From Desulfuromonadaceae bacterium (GTDB taxonomy: Bacteria > Desulfobacterota > Desulfuromonadia > Desulfuromonadales > Syntrophotaleaceae), in NCBI GenBank assembly GCA_007134025.1, contig SLLR01000012.1, positions 7,846 to 71,845 of the forward strand: a DNA stretch of 64,000 nt. The letters run 5' to 3'. The stretch's first letter is position 1, and every line of letters begins with the position of its first letter. Of the stretch, positions 37,332 through 46,633 are shown one piece after another. The position numbers and the translations under genes are program-made. The notes beneath the pieces were generated by a model. The model saw only the letters and a list, made by a program, of their open reading frames with translations, was not told the origin of the DNA and did no database searches.

Positions 37332-38525
37332 ATGACGACCAGTCTGGCCATGATGTTGGTTCTGGGAATGACGGCCAACGCCCTGTTCGTGAAAATGCGG
37401 CTGCCGGGACTGCTGGGCATGTTGCTTCTCGGGGTGCTGCTCGGCCCCTATGCGCTGGATTGGCTCGACGCGGATATGCTGCGCCTGTCCGGTGATTTGC
37501 GACTGCTGGCCCTTATCGTCATTCTGTTGCGCGCAGGGCTGGGCATCAAACGGGAAGCGCTCAACCGAGTCGGCATGACGGCCCTCAAGCTAAGCTGTAT
37601 TCCGGGTCTTTGCGAGGGTTTCACGATTGCCTTTGCAGCCGTTTATCTTCTGGGTTTCAGTTTTATCGAGGGGGGGATTCTCGGCTTCATTGTTGCGGCG
37701 GTTTCACCGGCGGTGGTGGTGCCGCCCATGCTTTATTTCATAGACAATCACATAGGCGCCAAAAACAACGTGCCGACCCTGATCCTGGCGGGAGCCTCTG
37801 TCGATGATGTTTTCGCCATTACCCTGTTCTCCGCTTTCCTCGGGCTCTACGGAGGCCAGCACGCCAGCATCGCTTTCCAAATAGCCGGCATTCCCTTTTC
37901 CATTGTACTTGGGGTCGGTCTGGGCCTTGTGGCCAGTATTGTGCTGGTGCGCCTGTTTACGGCCTTCCACATCAGGAGTACCAAAAAGGTCATGATCATC
38001 CTGGGCGTGGCCATTTTTCTGACCGCCGTGGAACAGGCCTTCAAGGCCAATGTGGAAATCGCCAGCTTGCTGGGAGTCATGACCATCGGCTTTATTCTGC
38101 TGGAAAAAATGCCCGAAGTGGCGGAAAAGCTGGCGGGCAAGTTCAACCGTATCTGGCTGTTTGCCGAGATCCTGCTGTTTGTTCTGGTCGGCGCCCAGGT
38201 CAATATTCATGTAGCTCTGGATGCCGGTCTGACCGGTTTGTTGCTCATCGGTATCGGCCTGACGGCACGCAGCGCCGGGGTGATTTTATCCACCGCCGGC
38301 ACAGACCTGTCCCGAAAAGAGCGTTTTTTCTGTATTGTCTCCTACCTGCCCAAGGCCACGGTCCAGGCTGCCATTGGCGCCATTCCGTTGAGTATGGGAG
38401 TGCCCTCGGGGGATGTGATTCTGGCCATCGCCGTGCTCTCGATTTTGATTACAGCACCTATCGGCGCCATCGGCATCGAGTATTTTTCCAAACGCTGTCT
38501 GGATAGGGAGCCTGAATCCGCCTGA
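37332..38525 (+). CDS. Cation:proton antiporter (Na+/H+ exchanger family)
   Basis: 397 aa polytopic membrane protein. ORF 36990..38525 trimmed to ATG 37332, because the upstream part overlaps ispG. Confidence 0.8.
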   Translation: MTTSLAMMLVLGMTANALFVKMRLPGLLGMLLLGVLLGPYALDWLDADMLRLSGDLRLLALIVILLRAGLGIKREALNRVGMTALKLSCIPGLCEGFTIAFAAVYLLGFSFIEGGILGFIVAAVSPAVVVPPMLYFIDNHIGAKNNVPTLILAGASVDDVFAITLFSAFLGLYGGQHASIAFQIAGIPFSIVLGVGLGLVASIVLVRLFTAFHIRSTKKVMIILGVAIFLTAVEQAFKANVEIASLLGVMTIGFILLEKMPEVAEKLAGKFNRIWLFAEILLFVLVGAQVNIHVALDAGLTGLLLIGIGLTARSAGVILSTAGTDLSRKERFFCIVSYLPKATVQAAIGAIPLSMGVPSGDVILAIAVLSILITAPIGAIGIEYFSKRCLDREPESA

Positions 38526-38714
38526 AAGCCAACCAGAGAAAGAGGTGGTTGTATTGAAAAAAAGCCGTTCCGGGCAGGTGTTGCCGAGACGCTGGAACCA
38601 GGTGCCCCGGATGCGATTGAACGACCTGTCTGAAGGCCAAGCGGGACGTTTTGAACGCTTTTGCATGGGCCTGGCCCGCTTTTTCGCGGCGCAAGCAGAC
38701 GGGCGGTCCAAGGG

Positions 38715-40250
38715 ATGAGCGGTTTGCTGAATGTGCTGATTCTGGAGGAGTGTGAGGCGGTGGCGCTGGAACTGCAGCGCTGTCTGGCCCGGGGCGGCTA
38801 CCCGATCCGCAGCTGTCGGGTCGACTCGGTGACCGCTCTCAAACAGGCGCTGGGCGAAGAAGCCTGGGATCTGATCCTTTCCAATTACCGACTCCCCTCG
38901 TTTACTGCCATCGACGCCCTGTACCTGTTGCAGAGCAAGGGGCTGGACCTGCCCTTTATCCTGGTCTCCGCTCCTATCGGCGAGGAAAACCTGGTGTCGG
39001 CGATGAAGGCCGGTGCCCACGATTATGTGATGCAGGGCAATCTGGGCCGTCTGGTGCCGGCCGTCGAAAGGGAGATGCGGGAGGCCGCCCTGCGCCGCCA
39101 GCGCCGGGAAGCACAGGACACGCTGCAGACCAGCGAACGGCAAAACCGCGAGCTTTCACAGCAGTTCCGGGCGCTGCTGGACAATATTCCCGATTCCCTG
39201 ACCTTGCTGGACGGGGACCTGCGGGTGGTGTGGTCCAACCTGGGTACGTCCCGGCTGCTCAATCGCGGCCTGAAGGATCTCTCGGGACTCCACTGCAGCA
39301 GCCTGTGGCCCGACTGCAGCGCTCGGCAGAACAATTGCCCGGTTCGCAAGTGTTTTGTCAGCTGCCAGGTGGAAAAAGCGGTGGTTCGGACCGACGATGA
39401 TCGCAGCTGGGGAGTGCGGGCCTTTCCCGTGTCCGACGGCCAGGGCCAGGTGGTCAGCGTCATCAAGATGGCCAGCGACATTACCCTGCAGATTCAGATG
39501 CGGGAGGAGGCCAGCCGGGCCGGACAGCTGGCCTCGCTGGGCGAACTGGCCGCCGGGGTGGCCCACGAAATCAACAATCCCATCAACGGCATCATCAATT
39601 ATGCCCAGATTCTGGCCGATCAGTTCGATGATGACGGCGATTGCCGGGAGATGGTCAGGGAAATCATCGACGAGGGAGAGCGCGTCGCCAACATCGTCAA
39701 AAATCTGCTCGATTTCGCCAAGGCGCGCCCCGAGCTCAAGATGCCAGTGGCGGTTGAGGACATTCTTGCCGCGTCCCTGGCCTTGACCAAATCCCAGTTG
39801 AGTCGGGACGGTATTCGGCTGCTGGTGGAGATGAGCCAAGATCTGCCGCCGGTGCTGGCCCATCTGCAACAGATCCAGCAGGTGTTGCTCAACATCATCA
39901 GTAATGCCCGCTACGCTCTGAACCAGAAATATTCAGGCTCCGACCCGCACAAAACCTTTCATATCGAATCGGAAGCCTGTGTACTCGGCGACCAGCGCTT
40001 TGTGCGTCTCTCCTTTACCGACCGGGGTATCGGCATCGCCCCGGAAGCCCTCAACAAAGTGATGGATCCCTTCTATTCGACCAAGCCGAGCGGTTCCGGC
40101 ACCGGCCTCGGTCTGAGCATCAGCCACGGTATCATCAAGGATCACGGTGGGGAAATCCGCCTTTTCAGCAAGCAGGGACATCATACCCGAGTGGTGATCG
40201 AATTGCCGGTGGCGGAGGAAGAGCCGAAGGATTCGAAGAGACGGGACTGA
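38715..40250 (+). CDS. Hybrid sensor: receiver + Cys-rich PAS + histidine kinase
   Basis: N-terminal REC, PAS region with 5 Cys in 25 residues, H-box AHEINNPINGI, and an HATPase C-terminus. Start trimmed to ATG 38715. Confidence 0.85.
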   Translation: MSGLLNVLILEECEAVALELQRCLARGGYPIRSCRVDSVTALKQALGEEAWDLILSNYRLPSFTAIDALYLLQSKGLDLPFILVSAPIGEENLVSAMKAGAHDYVMQGNLGRLVPAVEREMREAALRRQRREAQDTLQTSERQNRELSQQFRALLDNIPDSLTLLDGDLRVVWSNLGTSRLLNRGLKDLSGLHCSSLWPDCSARQNNCPVRKCFVSCQVEKAVVRTDDDRSWGVRAFPVSDGQGQVVSVIKMASDITLQIQMREEASRAGQLASLGELAAGVAHEINNPINGIINYAQILADQFDDDGDCREMVREIIDEGERVANIVKNLLDFAKARPELKMPVAVEDILAASLALTKSQLSRDGIRLLVEMSQDLPPVLAHLQQIQQVLLNIISNARYALNQKYSGSDPHKTFHIESEACVLGDQRFVRLSFTDRGIGIAPEALNKVMDPFYSTKPSGSGTGLGLSISHGIIKDHGGEIRLFSKQGHHTRVVIELPVAEEEPKDSKRRD

Positions 40251-40350
40251 CCATTCCCAAAGTGGCGGCGCTTCACGGGCTGTTTTTGAATCGCTGCGCA
40301 GTGTTTGGAAAATCGAAAGGACTGCGGCCTGCCGCCAGAAAAGAGACGCT

Positions 40351-42048
40351 ATGAAATCCAGAATTCTGGTTATCGACGACGAGAAAAGTCTGCGTTTTAC
40401 CTTCAGGCGGTTTCTGGCCGATGAAGGCTACGAGGTGGATACGGCCGCCGATTTTGAAGAAGCCCGAAAATGCCTTGAGAAACAATCCTACGATCTGGTC
40501 TTCAGCGACATTCTACTCGGCGAAAAAACCGGCATCGACGTGCTGCGTTCCATCAAAGAGCGGGACTCTTTGTGCCCGGTCATCATGGTGACCGGCTATC
40601 CCAACATTGAAACCGCCTCCGAAGCACTGCGGCTGGGGGCCTTCGACTATATTTCCAAGCCGGTGGTGAAGAAGGACTTGCTGCAGGTGGCTCGCGCGGC
40701 TCTCAAGTACCGGCGCATGGCCGAAGAAAATGAACGCAACCGAATCAATCTGGAGGCGGTGTTTCGCTGCGTGGGGGACGCCCTGGTCATCGTCGACCGG
40801 CAGGGGCTGATCCAGCGTATCAACGAGGCGGCGGAAAAGCTGCTGGGCCTTGACGCCGGGGTGTTGGGCCGGCTCTACGATCCGCTGCTGACAGGTTGTT
40901 CGGAACGGTGCGTTGAACTGCTTCGCCGGGCTCTGGAAGAAGGTCGGCCCCAGCAGCAGGATCAGGTGGCCTGCGAAGCTCCCGACGCTGCCCGCCGAAT
41001 CCTGTCCCTGCGCAGCGCGCCGCTGGTCGACGGTGGCGGCAAGGCCATTGGCGCGGTGCTGGTGGCCCGGGACGAAACCCGCCTGCGTGCCCTGGAGCGA
41101 TCTCTCAGCAAGCGCCACCGTTATCACAAGATGATTGGTGCCAGCAAAAAAATGCAGGATCTTTACTGCCTGCTGGATGACCTTGCCGATGTGCCTTCCA
41201 CGGTGCTGATTACCGGCGAGAGCGGCACCGGCAAGGAGTTGGTGGCGGAAGCTTTGCATAAATCCGGCAACCGGCGCAACAAGCCGCTGGTCAAGGTCAA
41301 CTGCGCGGCCCTTTCCGATACCCTGCTGGAGAGCGAGCTCTTCGGTCATGTGCGGGGCTCCTTTACCGGCGCCGTCAAGGACCGGATAGGCCGTTTTCAG
41401 AAAGCCGACGGCGGCACCATCTTTCTCGACGAGATCGGCGATATCTCCCACAAGGTGCAGCTGCGGTTGCTGCGGGTTCTGCAGGAGCGGGAGATCGAGC
41501 GCATCGGCGAATCCATGCCGGTCAAGGTCGATATTCGGATTGTGGCGGCAACCAACCGTAATCTGACCGAGATGGTCCGTCAGGGTGCGTTTAGAGAGGA
41601 CCTCTACTACCGGCTTAAGGTCATTACCATCGAGCTGCCGCCGCTGCGGGAGCGCAAAGAGGATCTTCCCCTGCTCACCGAGCATATGATCGAAAAGCTC
41701 AATGACAGCATGGGAAGGGAGGTTGTCGGCGTATCGACCGAGGTTGCGGATTTTTTTGCCGCTTATCACTGGCCGGGCAATATCCGAGAACTGGAGCATG
41801 TTATGGAGTACGCCTTCGTGCGCTGCCGCGAGCCGGTAATCGCCCTCAGCCACCTGCCTCAGGACCTGATGGCCGGCGGGAGTCTGACGGAGCAGGATTC
41901 GATTCCCCCTGCTGAGGAAGATGAAGCCCGCACCCTCTGCAAGGCGCTGGAAAAGACCGCCTGGAACAAGGCCAAGGCGGCGCGCCTGCTGGGAATCGAC
42001 CGAAAAACCCTGTATCGCAAACTGGCCAAATACCAGATCGAGGATTGA
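40351..42048 (+). CDS. Sigma-54-dependent response regulator (REC-PAS-AAA+-Fis HTH)
   Basis: REC, Walker A GESGTGKE, the GAFTGA variant GSFTGA, and a C-terminal [16 protein letters not shown]. Confidence 0.92.
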   Translation: MKSRILVIDDEKSLRFTFRRFLADEGYEVDTAADFEEARKCLEKQSYDLVFSDILLGEKTGIDVLRSIKERDSLCPVIMVTGYPNIETASEALRLGAFDYISKPVVKKDLLQVARAALKYRRMAEENERNRINLEAVFRCVGDALVIVDRQGLIQRINEAAEKLLGLDAGVLGRLYDPLLTGCSERCVELLRRALEEGRPQQQDQVACEAPDAARRILSLRSAPLVDGGGKAIGAVLVARDETRLRALERSLSKRHRYHKMIGASKKMQDLYCLLDDLADVPSTVLITGESGTGKELVAEALHKSGNRRNKPLVKVNCAALSDTLLESELFGHVRGSFTGAVKDRIGRFQKADGGTIFLDEIGDISHKVQLRLLRVLQEREIERIGESMPVKVDIRIVAATNRNLTEMVRQGAFREDLYYRLKVITIELPPLRERKEDLPLLTEHMIEKLNDSMGREVVGVSTEVADFFAAYHWPGNIRELEHVMEYAFVRCREPVIALSHLPQDLMAGGSLTEQDSIPPAEEDEARTLCKALEKTAWNKAKAARLLGIDRKTLYRKLAKYQIED

Positions 42049-42114
42049 GCCCGAGTTGTCCCCCCAGCACCGCCATTGGCGCCGAGGGGATTGTTGTTGA
42101 TTACACGAGCCGGT

Positions 42115-42238
42115 TGATCGCTCTGGACGAGAAGGAATTTGGTAAATACTGACAGGGGCTGCGGCCCGGCCGGCGACTGCCGGTGAGGTAAGACACGCCG
42201 GGTGGTGGAAGAGGTTCTTCCGTCACCCGGTTTTTTAT
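42115..42238 (+). repeat. Relic of an MCP gene 3' end plus terminator (duplicate of 45598-45721)
   Basis: About 90% identity by hand alignment over about 124 bp. It encodes ...LIALDEKEFGKY-stop, compared with ...[12 protein letters not shown]-stop in the intact MCP. Confidence 0.7.
42198..42238 (+). terminator. Rho-independent terminator
   Basis: CCGGGTG-GT-GGAAGA...TCTTCC-GT-CACCCGG followed by TTTTTT. Confidence 0.6.
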
Positions 42239-42302
42239 TGCGCCAAGCGAGCATCAGCCGGCACCGGCGCGAAAAGGGCAAAGCGCGGTGATTGGATTCA
42301 TG

Positions 42303-42349
42303 TGTGGCGTGCCCCATAAGTGTGGACGTTCCGGTTGTGGCGCGCCACA
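42303..42349. promoter_or_regulatory. Candidate enhancer (UAS) sites for the sigma-54 activator
   Basis: TGTGGCG (42303), TGTGGAC (42321) and a perfect 14-bp palindrome TGTGGCGCGCCACA (42336-42349). They lie about 170-215 bp upstream of the -24/-12 promoter. Confidence 0.45.
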
Positions 42350-42515
42350 CTTTTTTTGTTACCAGAGGGCCGCCTTTCGAAGAAGAGAGAAGTTTCGGGT
42401 GCGTTCTCTGTTCGAGGAAAGGAATACTGTCAAAAACTATAAAAGACTGTAATTGCATAGCAAATGATTCTGGGGAGGGTTGCGATGTTTTCGCAGGTTT
42501 GACGATTTGAAAGAT

Positions 42516-42530
42516 TGGCACGGCTCTTGC
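42516..42530 (+). promoter_or_regulatory. Sigma-54 (-24/-12) promoter
   Basis: TGGCAC-GGCTC-TTGC fits TGGCAC-N5-TTGC exactly. Lies 67 nt upstream of ATG 42597. Confidence 0.8.
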
Positions 42531-42596
42531 CAGTTACTCGCTTTGACAGGCTGTAGAAGTGGTGTTGAGAGACTGTTTCAGGAGGAGTATCGACAG

Positions 42597-42779
42597 ATGG
42601 GCAAGAATGCGACAGGGGTTGAAGGTAACCAGAAAAACTTCAAAATCTGTCCCCTGGTTCATCGGCCCCTGGCTGAGTGTTACTGTCTCGACATGACCAG
42701 TCGCAATATTGACAAGGTGCTTCGGTACTGCAGTGGTGACTACGAACAGTGCGTGATCTACATCAAAATCCGAACATAA
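42597..42779 (+). CDS. Cys-rich miniprotein (60 aa), first gene of the sigma-54-dependent operon
   Basis: GGAGGA lies 10 nt upstream. Sequence MGKNATGVEGNQKNFKICPLVHRPLAECYCLDMTSRNIDKVLRYCSGDYEQCVIYIKIRT has 5 Cys. Confidence 0.6.
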   Translation: MGKNATGVEGNQKNFKICPLVHRPLAECYCLDMTSRNIDKVLRYCSGDYEQCVIYIKIRT

Positions 42780-42807
42780 CGGCGGCATAGCGGCAACAGG
42801 AGGCAAC

Positions 42808-43293
42808 ATGGCGGAGGTAATGGAGCGGGATTGTTTGGAGCGAGACGAAGCCGATTATGGGAGTGAAGACACCCAGCGGGATAAATTTCTGACCTTTTTT
42901 CTGGCCAACGAAGAGTACGGCATCGCGATTCGTCACGTGATCGAAATCATCGGCATTCAGAAAATTACCGCCGTCCCCGACATGCCCGCCTTTATCAAGG
43001 GGGTGATCAATTTGCGGGGCAAGGTCATTCCGGTCATGGATGTTCGGGAGCGTTTTCGGCTTCCCGGTCAGGCCTACGACGAGCGGACCTGCATCATCGT
43101 CGTCAACGTGGACGATCAGTCCACCGGATTGATTGTGGATCGGGTCAGCGAAGTCGCGGATATTCCCGCAGACAGGGTTGAGCCGGCCCCCGGCAGCCAC
43201 AAGGGCAAGGCGGACGGTTACATCATGGGACTCGGCAAGGTGGGGGACCGGGTGAAGATTCTCCTCGACGTGCAGCGTCTTCTGGCTCTCTGA
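42808..43293 (+). CDS. cheW: Chemotaxis coupling protein CheW
   Basis: FLTFFLANEEYGIAIRHVIEI...INLRGKVIPVMDVRERF. Confidence 0.9.
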   Translation: MAEVMERDCLERDEADYGSEDTQRDKFLTFFLANEEYGIAIRHVIEIIGIQKITAVPDMPAFIKGVINLRGKVIPVMDVRERFRLPGQAYDERTCIIVVNVDDQSTGLIVDRVSEVADIPADRVEPAPGSHKGKADGYIMGLGKVGDRVKILLDVQRLLAL

Positions 43294-43463
43294 GATTGAC
43301 AGCCTGGGTTGGAGTCGATTCTGCCTGCCTATTACAAACAGGCTTTTGAGAGCACCACAGATTTTTGTGGTTTCCCGATAATTTTTCTGCCGGGCCCAGA
43401 GCTCTCTCCTTGGCGACAGGGGGGAGTTGAACATTACTCTACTTCGTAGCAGGAGCAAACCCT

Positions 43464-45635
43464 ATGACGTTGGCTATCGATTACAGAATCAAACTCGCTC
43501 TGGCAATTTTTGTCCCAGTTCTATTTTTTGCCGTTCAATCCTGGCAGTCGGTGTCCTCGAATTTGCGGGAACGAAGCATTCTGCTGGAGATGGATGCAAA
43601 TATCGAATTTTTGAACACAGCGTCTGACTTTATTCGAGAAGTTCAGGTGGAACGCGGGCTTTCAGGACAGGTTTTTATCGATGGAGCAATTCGGGAAGAT
43701 CTGATCAATCAGCGTACCCGGACCGACCAGGCCGGGGAAGATTTGCGGCGTCAGGCCGCTGTTGCCCGAATCGCTTCCAATGCCGAGCAGCGGGTTGGTT
43801 CTCTCTTTGCGGATATGCGTACCGTCCGAAACGGAGTAGATGCTGGTCAGCAACCCGAAGCGGTGCTTTACGCTTACAACGGTACGGTGCGAGAAACCCT
43901 GCGTCTGGCCGGGGAGACTGCGGATTCACGAACGGCGCGTGGCCTGGGAAAACGCATGAGCAGCCTGCTTCTCTTGGAAGAAGGTCGGGAAAATGCCAGT
44001 CGGCTACAGGTCAATCTCAGCCACAGCGTTTCCGTTCGTGATGCCCTCGATCAAGAACAACGGCTGCTTCTGGCGCGACTGCTGACCGGTGTGGAGGCCA
44101 ACTTGGGCAGCCCTGCACTGGCTCTGGGTCGAGAGGCGGTCTCAGCTCTTGAAGAGATCCGGCAAAATATCAACTGGCAGGAAATCACGGCGATAACTGG
44201 GGCTCTGATCGGCGGGGAGCAGGAATTGGACTTAACCGGCCGCCAGGCCTTCGATTTAGTAGCCCGGCATGCGGTCGCAATCGGCCGGGTGATCGCTTTG
44301 GAGCAGGAAGCCATTGCGAGCAGTGCCGGAGGTTTCGTGAAAGACAGCCAGCGCACCATGGTAACCACCATGGGCCTGCTCGGTCTGGCCATTGGTGCTT
44401 CAGTTATTCTCGGCCTTTTTGTTATGCGTGGAATCAGCCGTTCTCTGAATCGCATGCGCCATGTCTGCCACCAAATGGCGGATGGAGATTTATCCCAGCG
44501 GCTCGAAGTTTTCAGCAGGGATGAGATCGGTCAGTTGTGTGTCGATATGAACGCCATGGCCGACGGTCTGGAGAAGAAGGCCCGGGTAGCCGAGCAGGTG
44601 GCGGGGGGCGACCTGAGCGTCACTGTCGATCTGGCTTCCGACAAGGATGTTCTGGGACGCTCCCTGCGCACGATGGTCGAGCGGCTCAACGACCTGCTGG
44701 GCCAGGTGCAGTCCGCCAGTGAGCAGATCGGCAGCGGCTCGACCCAGATCGCCGATTCGGCCCAGACCCTCTCCCAGGGAGCCACCGAGTCGGCGGCGTC
44801 CCTTGAAGAGATCACCGCCTCCATGACCCAGGTGGGTTCTCAGACCAGGCTCAACGCCGACAATGCAGGTCAGGCCAATTCCCTCTCCAAGGAAGCACAG
44901 AGCGCGGCGGCCAACGGCAGCATGCTGATGGCCGACCTGGTGGAGGCGATGGGCGACATCAACCGTTCCGGCGAAGATATCTCCAAGATCATCAAGGTCA
45001 TCGACGAGATCGCCTTTCAGACCAACCTGCTGGCACTCAACGCGGCGGTGGAAGCGGCCCGGGCCGGCCAGCACGGCAAAGGTTTTGCGGTGGTGGCCGA
45101 AGAGGTGCGGAATCTGGCCGGCCGCAGCGCCAAGGCCGCCAAGGAGACGGCGGAACTGATCGAGAATTCGACGGCCAAGACCCGCCATGGCAATGAAATC
45201 GTTGAGAAGACCGAAGCGGCCCTTAAGGGGATCGTAGCCGGCACCAACAAAGTGTCCGACCTGGTGGCGGAAATCGCCGCGGCCAGCAGCGAGCAGTCCG
45301 AAGGCATCAGCCAGATCAATACCGGTCTGGGGCAGATTGATCAGGTCACCCAGCAGAACACCGCCAACGCCGAAGAGAGCGCGGCGGCCGCCGAGGAACT
45401 GGCCAGTCAGGCGGCGTATCTGCAGTCCATGCTGGCCCAATTCAAGCTCAAAGGGGGCGCCTCATCGGCCCGGGGAGCTGCGCCGCAGCTGACTTCGCCG
45501 GCCCGACGATCGGCTCCCGCCCTGGCTTACCAGACCCGGACCGCAAAAAGCCCAAAAAGCGAAACCGGTTCAACCAACGCTTCAGACCCGAGCCAGGTGA
45601 TCGCCCTGGACGATAAGGAATTCGGTAAATACTGA
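43464..45635 (+). CDS. Methyl-accepting chemotaxis protein with NIT-like sensor domain, HAMP and MA domains
   Basis: [15 protein letters not shown] is an NIT-type motif. TM, HAMP and the highly conserved signalling hairpin [20 protein letters not shown] are present. Confidence 0.9.
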   Translation: MTLAIDYRIKLALAIFVPVLFFAVQSWQSVSSNLRERSILLEMDANIEFLNTASDFIREVQVERGLSGQVFIDGAIREDLINQRTRTDQAGEDLRRQAAVARIASNAEQRVGSLFADMRTVRNGVDAGQQPEAVLYAYNGTVRETLRLAGETADSRTARGLGKRMSSLLLLEEGRENASRLQVNLSHSVSVRDALDQEQRLLLARLLTGVEANLGSPALALGREAVSALEEIRQNINWQEITAITGALIGGEQELDLTGRQAFDLVARHAVAIGRVIALEQEAIASSAGGFVKDSQRTMVTTMGLLGLAIGASVILGLFVMRGISRSLNRMRHVCHQMADGDLSQRLEVFSRDEIGQLCVDMNAMADGLEKKARVAEQVAGGDLSVTVDLASDKDVLGRSLRTMVERLNDLLGQVQSASEQIGSGSTQIADSAQTLSQGATESAASLEEITASMTQVGSQTRLNADNAGQANSLSKEAQSAAANGSMLMADLVEAMGDINRSGEDISKIIKVIDEIAFQTNLLALNAAVEAARAGQHGKGFAVVAEEVRNLAGRSAKAAKETAELIENSTAKTRHGNEIVEKTEAALKGIVAGTNKVSDLVAEIAAASSEQSEGISQINTGLGQIDQVTQQNTANAEESAAAAEELASQAAYLQSMLAQFKLKGGASSARGAAPQLTSPARRSAPALAYQTRTAKSPKSETGSTNASDPSQVIALDDKEFGKY

Positions 45636-45681
45636 CCGGGGCAGTGGTCCCGGCCGGCGACTGCCGGCGAGAAAAGACACG

Positions 45682-45721
45682 CCGGGTGGTGGAAGAGGTT
45701 TTTCCGCCACCCGGTTTTTTT
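45682..45721. terminator. Rho-independent (bidirectional) terminator between the MCP gene and trmO
   Basis: CCGGGTGG...CCACCCGG followed by T7. A pyrimidine/T-rich tract is also present on the other strand. Confidence 0.7.
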
Positions 45722-45740
45722 GTTCGGCAACAGGGCCGGA

Positions 45741-46460
45741 TCAGACGTCGTCAGGCCGGTGGCGCAGGGCGGTGACACGAATGCCCGTTTCGTCCTGCTC
45801 CCAGTGCAGGTCGAAGTCCAGCAGCTGCATGCCGAAGCCGCTTTTGGGCGGATTCTTGTGGTAATAGGCCGGACGGGGGTCGCTGCCCAGGGTATCAATG
45901 ATCAGCTGCCGCAGGCCTGGGTAACGCTGCTGTTCCAGCTGTCGGCAGAGCTGCTCGGCGGCCGGCAGAAAACGCACGGGAACCCGGCCTGCGGGGGCTT
46001 CGGCGGCAAAGCCGCCACGGGCCTCAGGCAGGGAGTCGGCGTAGGGCAGGTAGGGTTTGATGTCGATGACCGGCGTGCCGTCGAGCAGATCCAGGCCGCC
46101 AAGATGCAGTAGCACTTTGCCGCCGCTTGCTTCGATGCCCTGCAAGGTCACGGCCGAAAGGCCGATGGGATTGGGCCGAAAGGGGGAGCGGGTAGCGAAG
46201 ACGCCGAGGCGCGTGTTGCCTCCCAGCCGCGGCGGTCTTACCGTCGCTTTCCATTCCCGATGCCGATTGCCGTGAAACAGGAACAGCAGCCAGAGATGAG
46301 AAAAACCTTCCAGGCCGGTAAAGGCTTCAGGCCGGTTGTAGGGCGGGAGCATCTCCAGGGTACCGGTCGCCGTTGGAGCCTGGCCCGACTGCCGAGGGAT
46401 GCCGAACTTCTCCTTGTAGCAGGAGCGGACGATTCCGATGACATGAAACGGATCATTCAT
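45741..46460 (-). CDS. trmO: tRNA (t6A37) methyltransferase TrmO/YaeB family
   Basis: IGIVRSCYKEKFGIPRQ...GVFATRSPFRPNPIGLS...GTPVIDIKPY. ORF trimmed to ATG 46460. Confidence 0.85.
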   Translation of the reverse strand: MNDPFHVIGIVRSCYKEKFGIPRQSGQAPTATGTLEMLPPYNRPEAFTGLEGFSHLWLLFLFHGNRHREWKATVRPPRLGGNTRLGVFATRSPFRPNPIGLSAVTLQGIEASGGKVLLHLGGLDLLDGTPVIDIKPYLPYADSLPEARGGFAAEAPAGRVPVRFLPAAEQLCRQLEQQRYPGLRQLIIDTLGSDPRPAYYHKNPPKSGFGMQLLDFDLHWEQDETGIRVTALRHRPDDV

Positions 46461-46633
46461 GGCCGCCTGTTTACCACGAAAGCGGCTTTGATGCCAGCGA
46501 TAGATGGTCGACTTGATGGGTGTAAAAAGCTCTGCCTTGAGAAGGTTTCCTGTGTTAGCATAGAGGCCATTAATTTCACTGGGGGCGCCGCGCAAAGAAG
46601 CGGCGTTGTATCCATCCTCTGCGGAGAATTGCA

